Assembly (NCBI RefSeq): GCF_009914755.1
Contig: NC_060944.1
Strand: one strand, 5' to 3'
Source of the DNA: the human T2T-CHM13v2.0 reference genome, Homo sapiens
DNA length: 64,000 nt
The notes under the pieces are model-generated. The model worked only from the letters and a program-made list of their open reading frames with translations, was not told where the DNA came from and searched no databases. Of the stretch, positions 54,100 to 64,000 are shown one piece after another; within the stretch, counting starts at the first letter, position 1; every line of letters begins with the position of its first letter. Both the position numbers and the translations under genes were made by a program.

Positions 54100-54577
54100 A
54101 TTATTTTAGTCACTGCTACTGTAATGCTGCATAACAAAACACCTCAAAGTCAGTGGTAAACAACAAGCATTTATTTTTCTTTCTTATGGGTCTGTGGGTT
54201 GGCTGGGGTTCAGGGGATTTTGGCTGGGCCAGGCTGGACTCCAGGGAGGATGTGGGATTCAGATCTGTTCCACAGAGCTTTGTTCTCCTTGGAGCAGTGG
54301 CTCTCCAGAGCATGAGCTTCCCATGGAGAATAGGAGGAGCTCAGAGGGCAAGTAAACCATCTGTGCCCACATGAGGCTTCTGCCTGGTCATGCGTACTAT
54401 CATCCTATCAGCCAGTGTGAGTCACGTGGCCAAGCAAAACATCCATGGGGGTAGAGACATAAGCTTCTCTCCCAGTGGGAGAGCAGTGCAAGCACTGCAA
54501 GTTACGTGGCAAAAGTTGAGATGTATAATCTTAGTATGGTGGAGTAAGAATTGAGACTGAAAACAGAATCTACCATA
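54100..54577 (-). mobile_element. MLT1H-like solo LTR
   Basis: taatgctgcataacaaaacacctcaaa...caacaagcatttattt...aatctacca. Confidence 0.78.
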
Positions 54578-55523
54578 TTTACCCAGAGGGGGTTGGAGGT
54601 TGAGGTATTGAGGTTAAACCTATGTTGTGTGCAAGTGAAGTTTTGTATTTATCTAGGAATGTCTGAAAGATGGCTGGGCTGAATCAGCAGGGGCTATTGA
54701 AATGAGGAACTGAGGATTCTTAGGAGAGTGAGCTCCTTTGGGGTAATAGAGAACTGGGCCAAGGAGCTTATCCAAATAACACAATCCCAGTCCTTGAAGA
54801 GAGGGGCATTTCTGAGTACTCCATGATGGAAGTCTCTGTTTTTTTTCCCTGTATGACCCCTATCCCCACCATTGACTCATGACTGGTCCCTGGGGAGAGT
54901 TGATTATTCCAATAAAACATTGCGAGATGTTGGGGCCTAAGCACCATTGCTATGAGTCCCTTCTGGGGGAATTAAACATGGAAGAGGGTTTTTTTTTTCC
55001 CCCCAAATCACAATTCTTCACCTTGGGGCTTTGAACCCCTGTGGCCCTAGACATCTGCAGTGACTGTGGCTGGCAGCGGGTAGGAGGTGGCATACTCAGT
55101 GGTGGCAGAAGCGGTGTCCAAGAGAAGCAATTGTACCAGGGGAAGCAATATTGGTGCCCACCTATCAGGAATGGCAGGGATCTGGACAGGTAGGGAGAGG
55201 CAAGATTGAGGAACAGGGAAGGGTGTCCTGCTTGGAGATGTGGCCTGTACCCTGGGCATACTCCAGGCTCAGCACACTCTCTAGCACATGCAGTGGTCCC
55301 AGCCATATTCAGGCTAAGGCATAATGCTTAGGCAGCCCTTCTATACTTCAGGAATGTGATGGGTTCATTTATTCCTGTCAGGCCATGACAGGGTTTGCAA
55401 ACAACCTTTTTAACACTGTTCCTTTGTTCATTAAGTATCAAGTACCTTCTCTGTGCTAGGTACTATGTAAGGGATGGTTGAATAGGAAACATTTTCTGCT
55501 TTGCAAAGCTCTTCCTCTTAGTG

Positions 55524-55750
55524 CAAAGTTGGGTAAACTATTTCCTGTGGGCCAAATATGACCCACCATCTGTTTTTGTAAATAAAGTTTTATTGGAATG
55601 CAGCCATGCTCATTTGTTTACATATTGTCTATAGCTATTTTAACACTATGATGGCAGCACTGAGTAGTTGTGACAGAGACTCTATGGCCCGTACTGCCTA
55701 AACTATTTACTATTGGCTTGTTGTAGAAAAAGTTTGCCAGTCTGTTGTCT
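55524..55750. mobile_element. MER58A, inside an L2 remnant (~55420-56000)
   Basis: gtttttgtaaataaagttttattggaa...gcagcactgagtagttgtgacagagac...aaaagtttgcc. Confidence 0.85.
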
Positions 55751-57784
55751 AGTGGAAAAGAGAAACATAAACAGATGAACAGATAAATAGGCAATGACAA
55801 TGTAGCGTGACAATACTGTGACAGAAGTAAGTGCTTGGCTTTGGTGGGAAGTAGGATCAGGGAAGGCTTCCTGGAGTAGGCAATGTCTATACCAAGACCT
55901 AAATAGTGAGTTCAGAAATTTTGGCAAAGGTGTGGGGAGAGATTGCCAACAGAGGAAAGCATGAACAGAGGCCAGAGGTAAGAGAGAACATGGGGTTTTG
56001 GGTGGTGGGAGCTGAGAGAAGAGGCTGGGAAGAGTGCTGGTAGCATGTTGGGCATCTCGTCGCCATTCAGGAAGGTGGCATCCATCAGCGGTGGGCTGTG
56101 CTTGGCACTGTGCTATTGATATGAATGTGTTCTCAATTCCTTCTAGGACTGGATTTTAATATTTCTACTTTACAGATGTGAAATGAACATGGCAATAAAG
56201 GAGCTGGAATTTCTGGAGGCAGGGATTTTCTGGATGGACGATTCACGTGTGTTTGCCACATCCTATGAGTGCTGGGATGGGTTGTGGTTAGAATGGTGGG
56301 GGTGTAGCCTGGCCTTGCCTCATTAACTTGTGGTCCCTGTGCTATGCATTTCAAGACTTGTTCCAGTCCCAGAGTGTCCTGTGCCCACACTCAGCCTCCT
56401 ACTGGGGCCCCCACCTAAGACAGGGCTCCTTGAGTTGTGGGTTGAGCTCCATGTCTGGTTCTTCCTCCTTTTCCCATCAAACCTGTGCCTTTTGCTCTCA
56501 GGCTCCAACAGGACCTGCAAATCCACACTTGGGGCAAAGCTCCATGACTCAGGGCAGCTACCCTTTAATGCTTAGTGTGAGGCGCAAGCATCATCCTGCC
56601 CCTTCTTGTGCTCAGAGCAGACTTGCTAAGGGATCACCAAACCTTCCCATTGAATCCAGACACAGCCTCAGAATCCTGCTCAACACAGCCCTCCACTGAT
56701 CACCCAGCATACTTGCCATCCTTTCCTTAACCCAGAGGGAAAGCTTGAGCTCACGCAGTACTTTCTGCACAAACCTAGTCACTGCTCGCAGGTAGCCAGC
56801 CTTTTTGTCAACTCTGATTTTGACCCGGGACTCAACACAATTCAACAAATGTTCACCGAGAATCCACTAAGTGTCAAGGAGCAGAGATGAATAAACATGG
56901 TCTCAATGCCCTAAGGAGCTCACATTCTGATGAGAGACGTTATTGACTTGAGCAACCACTGAAGTGGCAGCCTTTCTCTGCTTTTTCTCAGGGTTGTGCT
57001 GACCGCACGCCCTGCAGAACTGGACTCAGGCTTCCCCATCTGAGATGTGGCTATGCCTGGGTGGGGCTGCGTGGCTAGGACTTCTGCATCTCAGACCAGA
57101 GGGCAGAAGATGCAGATGAGGAGGGGGAGAGGACCCCACTGGAATGGCAGCAGCTCAAAGTAAAGGATGAGGTCAGGTTTGCACCAGGTTAGGATCAATG
57201 AACAGTGAGCCTGGCCTGAGCAGTGGGTACAGCACTAGGGTTTCTGGAATCTTCAGATAAGCTGGTACACTTTGGGACTCTGGCCACCCATTCTCTCCAG
57301 GCCCAGTGGGGGAAAGAGCTGACAAGCACAAAGCTACAGTATCAGGACCTCAGCCTCCAAAGCAGAAACAGAGCAAGAAGGAAACTGAGGCAGGGGAGTA
57401 GCCAGCCCGACTCCACAGCAGGATTGGGCACACATGCATCAGGAGTCGTGCAGATCACCAGGCTTAGGAAGACAGCAGCTCTAGGAGGCTTGAGGGCTGA
57501 TTTTTCTGATCTACTGCACCCTGACCAGCACTGGTTTAGGGACGCTGGAGAGTGGGTTCTCCCCATGTTAGGACTCAGTGTGAGAGCTGCTTATGACTTT
57601 GCCAGGTTTTTTCTTTAGCCGCTGAGACATCTCTCCACCCCAGGATCTGGCAATCACATCAATCCCAAAAGGGGCACCTAAAGCCTTCAACTATTTGCCT
57701 TTCTATGGAGATTTCCAGAATCTACTCAGTTGATGCCATAAATAGGTAGAGAAGGGAGTGTGTGTGTGTCTGTCTCAGTCTATG

Positions 57785-57785
<1 letters not shown>

Positions 57786-57835
<50 letters not shown>
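57786..57835. repeat. (AC)25 microsatellite
   Basis: Direct count; (GT)6 at 57758-57769 just upstream. Confidence 0.97.
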
Positions 57836-57838
<3 letters not shown>

Positions 57839-58756
57839 GTCAGACCTCCTTCATCAGAATCAGTTTGCAAACTTCATTTCCTTAGGATGAAGAGAAAAGA
57901 AAATTATTATTAACATATCAATGGCACCTCCATGCTGAGAACAAGATTACCCTCAGTACACACAAGCGCCCAGGGAAGCTCAGACACTGTATTTTAAATG
58001 TGCTCTGTTTCTGCATCTCCGTCTCCCCCACCCCACCCCCATTCCCTTCCTATTTTTTTTTTTTGTTCCTCTAAGCTTGTTTCTCTTGAAATTTCCACCT
58101 TGTGGTTGTGTACTGCTGACTTCACATTTGCTGTGGTGTGAACTCCACATCTGTGAATGGATGACAGGAAAGATTAATAGCCCTGCTCTCTTCTCCTTGA
58201 CTGTGGGCCCAGCTAATGAATAAATAAATAAATAAATAAGCAGAGCTCCAATCCCCTAAATAGAGACCCAGAGCCAGGGAGAAAACAGCATTTCGCTGAA
58301 TCCATTCTTTAAGGAAAAACCCAACCTCTAATGATCTCTGATTTACATAGTCGGCAGTTTTTCACTAAACATTTTACAAAGACACAAAAGTGTGGGGTGG
58401 AGGGATCGCTCCATGTTCTTTCCAGATGGAGGCAGGGGTCCCCCTGAGAAGCCCACAGGCCAAACAGGGCTGGTGCAGAGTGTGGGCTAGCTATGGAGGT
58501 GAGCCGGTTTCCCACTCAGGCCGCCTTAGGCCTGGGATCATTGAGTCGAGCGATGATGAAGAGGGAGGCAAAGGGACCCCTCAGGGGTCCCGGTAGTTGG
58601 TCCCCACACTTACCAGGTGGGAGGAAGGTGTGGGCTCACCAGGCAGCTCAGAAAGCCTACGAGTGTAAGGGGAGGGAGGCAGGGAGATAATTCATTTCCT
58701 CCTGCTTCCTTCATGCCTCCAGTTCTGGTGAAAGAGAAGCTCAGATATGCGCAGAC

Positions 58757-58914
58757 AGAGCTTCTCAAACTTGAATGTGCCCTAATGACCTGGAGATCTG
58801 GTTGGAATGCAGATTCTGATCAGTGGGTATAGGGTGGGGCTGAGACTGGCCAATTCCATTAAGCCTGCAGGCGCTGCTGCTGCTGCTCCAGGGGTCACAC
58901 TTAGAGTAGCAAGA
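58757..58914. mobile_element. MER5-family element
   Basis: cttctcaaacttgaatgtgc...aatgcagattctgat...cacacttagagtagcaag. Confidence 0.78.
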
Positions 58915-60639
58915 TGTTGCAGAGGCAGCAGAAAGTCAGGTTCTGCCCCCTCCTCTGTGGCCCTTGTCTGAGGCTTCACAACAGTCATCCCTTTCCTGCC
59001 AGCCCCAGAACTTGGCTGTTACCTGGTTTTCCAACCTCAGCTGACTCCATGGGTCTAATATCCCAAGGTACCTCAGCCAAATGCAGCACACACATCCTCT
59101 CTGGACCAGGCTTGGAGAATTTGGCTTTCCCTTGGCTGTGTTTGTAAAGTATGGTTGTTCCTACCTGGTCTCTGCATCTTTAATAAAGTCCATCATTGGA
59201 TATGAAGATGCTGTGCCTGGGTGACCTGGTTGAGGGGCAGGTGGGCTCAGTGGCAGCAAAGACATCTGTAGGCTCTGATTGGGCTGAGCAAGAGCTAGGG
59301 GTCAAAGGCAGTGGATGCTGGAGGGGCAGCGAGGGGCTTCCCTGCACAGCCAGGAGTTTGAGGGGCCTGAAGGCACACACACCAGCCATCGATCTTAACC
59401 TGCTCACTTCTAGTACCCATCAGCTCACTTCACTCCTTTTGATGATGAAGCAGAGATGAGACTAGTCCAGCAGAAACCAGGACAGGAAGCCCCACAATGC
59501 CAGCCATGCCCCTCCATTATGATCCCCCTGGCTCAGCGTTCAGGTGGACAGTCTCAGGTGTGGTCACATGGGGATGAAGGGAGCAGACAAGTTAGGGAGC
59601 CAAGCTGACCCAAGCCCTGACATTCTGTTCTTCCTCATGATTAGCCCGGTTGTCAAACTCATCCTGGCCCTCAAATTCCAGCCGTGAGTCAGCCTATGAA
59701 AGCCCCAAGGCAAGTTTATGATTCACCTGAGTGTAGCTCATCTTCTCTCTGGATAATCCTCAGATGACCCCCACCCAGCCAGGGGGAGCTGCCTTTATCA
59801 TCCCATGGGCAGGATTAGCCCTGCACATCCAACCACCATTTATTTGTCGAACCTGTATTTGTTCACCTGTGAAACGGGTGAAACGGGGACCCCAATACCT
59901 TCTTCACGGAGTGGGGAAGGTAGAGGAGCCAACCCTCAAAAGCACCCAGGTCAGGGTCTCAGTCCACTGTAAACATCCCCCAACCCTGGTAGCAATCATG
60001 CCTTTGCATTGCCTTCTCTTTCCGGCTGTCTTCTAGCTCATCACTTCCAGGTGTGCTTCATGAAACAAATCTCATGAGATATTCACACAGAAAAATCTGT
60101 AACAAAAAATTGGGAAAATTGCATAATATTCCTTTCTTGAAGAGTTAGTCTAACTTTACTTGATTCTGCTTGACTCAAACTTGTTTGGCCATAGAACCTT
60201 TTTCTTGGGCATAACATTTATTAATAACTGGGGTGTCAGGAGATGGGAGCCAGCTGACATGCTTCTTCTCCAAAGCCTTAACCCAGAAGGTATGCCTAGT
60301 GGCATCTGGGTAGATCTGGCCAGCTGGGGAGGCTGGGTTTTGTGGATGCAGGTTTTCCCCACTCTAGTCCTAAGCTGTAGGCATCTTTCTCCCATGCCTA
60401 TCTCTTGAGTATTCTGACACGCTAACTCCCTGGGGCTTTAGCTCCCAGCACCTGGGCAGATTAGGCTGTTCCCTTGCGGAGAAAGGTGAGAATTTAAACT
60501 TGGAGCCACCCAGACAAGCTTAACCAGAGCCCCTTGCTTTGTACAACTCAGGGGTTAATGCAGTGTCACAGCCCAACCCAGGTCATGCCTACTGAGACTG
60601 ATGTTTGTGGCCTGCCCATAGCCCCTTAGCATTTATTGT

Positions 60640-61555
60640 TGCAGGAGGTGCACACTGGCATTCCATTGTAAGCATTTGTGACTCTGCAAGAGATATTTTT
60701 CTCTGTTTCTGGGGAATGCTGGACGTGCAGACAATTAATGCCCCTGGGAGGAGCCCTCACCCACTACCTGATGGGGTGTATTAGTTTCCTGTGGCTGCTA
60801 TAACAAAATATCACAGACATGATGGCTTAAAACAACAAAAATTTATTCTCTCTAAGTCTGGAGGACAGAAATCCAAAATCAATATTACTGGGCAGAAAGC
60901 AAGATATTAGAAGGACCATGCTCCACCTGGAGGCTCTAGGGGAAAGTCTGATCCTTGCCTCTTCTAGCTTCTGGTGGCTGCTGGCATTCCTTGACTCATG
61001 GCCACATCACTCCAATCTCTGCCTCCGTGGTCATGTTGCCTTCTCCCTTCTGTTTGTGTCAAATTTTGCTCCGCTTCCCTCTTATAAGGATACTTGTGAT
61101 TGCATTTAGGGTCCACCTGGATAATTCAGGAAAATTTTCACATCTCAAAGTCCTTAATTACATCTGTAAAATCCTTTTTTTTTTTTTTTTTTTTTTTGCC
61201 ATATAAGGTCACATTCGCTGGTTCTAGGGATCAGAATATGATATCATTGGAGGCCATTGTCCAGCCTGATATGTAAAAGGTTGGAGGGTAAATACTCCAA
61301 TTTCCTTGCCTCTTGGGTAAGGTAACACCGAGAGCTGTTCTACACTCTCCTCTCTCCTAAAATTCCTCAGAGAGATTGAGCCTCAGTTGTCCATGGCAAC
61401 AAACTACTCAGCAACACACTCTGTTGCTTTTCTTTCCTTCCTGTCTCACTTCTCCACTCTTCTAACTGTTGATTCCTGGGATTGCCTCTAAATAAACTAC
61501 TTGGCCTTGAATCCTCCTCTCAGGGTCTGCTTCTGGGGAACCCAGCCTAAGAAAC
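60640..61555 (+). mobile_element. LTR16-like ERVL LTR split by an MLT1 LTR
   Basis: aatgcccctgggaggagccctcac | taaatactcc...aaataaactacttg...ctcagggtctgcttctggggaaccc. Confidence 0.72.
60777..61275 (-). mobile_element. MLT1C-like solo LTR
   Basis: tgtattagtttcctgtggctgctataacaaa...cttataaggatacttgtgattgcatttagggtccacctggataat. Confidence 0.88.
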
Positions 61556-61984
61556 CCATCTATCACCAACCATGCACAGCAAAGGCAATCACTTTAATCG
61601 ATTACCCTTTGGATTCACAAAGTCTGGGTGGATGTGCCCTCTAGACACAATGTTTGCAGTTGTGAGTGAGGTAGCTGGGCCAGCAACCCCCCAGACTACA
61701 GTGTTGTAACCACCTCCTCTCAAAGAAGATTTAATCCAGCAGAGGGATGTCTTCCCATCTGTGTCTATCTTGACATCCACAGTGAAGCAGAAATCTTGAT
61801 GGGACGTGAAGAACACCATGGTCACCACAGTCTTTTTTGATTCAGAGATTTGACCTTCTCCAGACTTTGGAGAAAGAGAAGCCCTGGTTAAGCCAAACAG
61901 CTTACAGGGGCTGCTAAATCTGATGACTGCTTAGCAGAAAAAAATATCACACGGTGGAAGGACATAGAACCGAATGAATGTCCA

Positions 61985-63471
61985 GAGGTGCTGTCCAGGA
62001 GCCAGGGACTAGAGTCAAAAACCTTAGAAGTCTACCTCATGTTCTGTTGTACTGCAGCTGAGCTGGCACTCAAACCATAAGATGCTATCCTTCCCACTCT
62101 TCCCTCCCCTTTCCAAAGGCAGAAGAGCCTCACCCTGGGGTCACAGGCACCACAGGCCCATGGAAAGTACTGCCAGACTACTGGAATATTCCCTTAAGGC
62201 CCAAGGGCTCTTCAGTCAGCTTGTGATGAATGCTGCCTGGCCTAGGACTTGACCTTCAGGGCAGTGGACTCCTCTCTGGTCCAGGGCAGGTCCAGAAATG
62301 CCATCCAAGAGCCAAGTCTTGGAATCGGGGACCCCAACAGCCTGCTTGGTGCTCTACCCACCCTGTGGCTGAGCTGGTTCCTGAAGTGCAAGACAAAGTC
62401 CCCTCCCTTTACTTTTCCCTCTGCTTTTCTCAAGCAGGAGTTAAGGACGCTCGATAGCCACCACAGCTGGCAATGTGCTGAGTCTCATCTGAAGCCAGCA
62501 AGTCTTGGATTCCCACCCAAGGCCCTCAGTGTAGTACCTGGGTATTGCTGCTGGCTATTCAGGGCCAAAGGGCTCTTCAGCTGGTAGTTATTGAATCCTC
62601 CCAGGACTGGGTTCTTCCCTTCAAGGCAGTGGGTTCCCATATGGCCCTGGGTATGTCTAGACATATTGTCTGGGAGCTAGGGCCTGGAAAGGGGGCCTCA
62701 TTGACTCTGATAGGTGTCCTGTCCTGCTGTGGCTGAGCTGGTATCCAACATGCAAAACGAAGTCCTCCCCACTTTTCCCTCTCCTCTCCTCAAGTGGAAG
62801 GAAGGGTGTCTTTTGGATCCACAAGCTCTGTAGCCTGGGGTTAGGGGAGGAGTGATGCCAGTACTCCCTCAACCACCCTGGCTAGTGTCTCAGTAGGTCA
62901 TATACTCACCCAGTCCACTGGCTCTGGGCCCAGTTCAGCACTAGGACTCACCTAAGAGTTGTAGTCCTTGTGGCCTAGACTGCCCTTCCAATTTAGGGCC
63001 CCAGAGCACTTTAGCCTGCAGTGGCGAGGCTTGTGGAAACTCAAGTTGGGATCACTGGGATTGGCAATACATTTCTGGCTAGGGCTGGTTTAGATGCTCC
63101 CTCTGTGGGTGGGGTCAGCTAAGTTTGGATCCATTTTTCTTTCTGCTATAATAGGGCAGCGCTGAATTCAATGTCTCACAATTGCTGTGATCTCCCTCTC
63201 CCCAGTGCACAGTGAGATTCTCCATACCACACTGTCACTGCTGGCGGTTGGGAAAGGGGTGGCATCAATGATTTAAAACTGTTTTTCTTACCTCTTTAGG
63301 GCCTTCATCAGCGATGTGAAATTCAAACCAGGTACTGTGAGTGCTCACTTAGTGTTTGGTTCGTATGAAGGTGCTTTTTTTTTTTTTTTTTTTGTATATA
63401 GTTGTTAAATTGGTGTCCTTTTGGGGTGGGAGGAGACAATCGGTGGAGTCTTCTATTCCACTATCTTGCTC
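61985..63471 (-). mobile_element. L1 (L1M1/L1MA-like) 5' UTR region with internal repeats
   Basis: Minus-strand start gagcaagatagtggaatagaag; gatttaaaactgtttttcttacctct; three related gctgagctgg...ttccctc monomers. Confidence 0.75.
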
Positions 63472-64000
63472 TTGTCTATTTTTGTTTTTGTTATTATTGT
63501 TTGTCTGTTTATTTGTTAGGCTGTCACAATCTTGGGTCAAGCCTCATTTCTTTTCCCTGGGCCTGTTGTCTTTGTGACTCTAGGCTCTCCTCTCTTCTGA
63601 ACTTCTATCATAGATCTGGCCATGACAGGACACTCACGAAAGTCCTTTAAGTGATCCTCACTCTTCAGGACAAAGTTCTGATTCGCCGTGAGACTTATGT
63701 TGATCTGTCCGGGCCTACCCCTCTGCCTCTCCATGCTCAACTTTCCACCTGCTTGTGTGTTCCCCTAACCTTCGAAGTTCTCTGCACCAGCTGCCATGCT
63801 CAAACACAATACCTGTTTATAACTATGTGTTTTTGAACATGTCATTTCCTTTTCTTGGAATAAATGGCCTTACGGACTGAGAAACTTTCATTTGCTTGCC
63901 AAGGCCCACATTGGCAGTTATCTACCCTTCCCTGTTGCTCTCATTGCAGTTTGTATATATCCTAGGAATACACTTTGGACAGAAATTATCCATGGATTCC

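Overview
Primate (very probably human) non-coding genomic DNA. I find no credible protein-coding exon, RNA gene, CpG island or CRISPR array. Every long ORF in the track is explained by Alu, low-complexity or tandem-repeat sequence; the only real protein remnant is a decayed L1 ORF2 fragment. The window is a mosaic of about 22 Alus or Alu fragments (all but one in the first 33.7 kb), MaLR/ERVL solo LTRs (THE1, MLT1, MLT2, LTR16), DNA-transposon fossils (MER2, MER5, MER20, MER30, MER33, MER45, MER58, MER96-like), and L1, L2 and MIR remnants, several nested with visible target-site duplications (TSDs). Four things stand out. (1) A 1.44-kb almost purine-free C/T tract that appears to be a hyper-expanded Alu tail. 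(2) Two motif-bearing minisatellites, with 22/44-bp and 49-bp units. (3) A near-consensus CTCF site. (4) Six or seven repeat-free, AT-rich islands dense in homeodomain, FOX, TCF, ETS and MAF motifs, suggesting an enhancer landscape of a developmental gene outside the window. Repeat subfamily names come from recalled consensus sequences, not a RepeatMasker run, and boundaries without a TSD are approximate. The locus cannot be named, and no new biological system can be demonstrated from this sequence alone.
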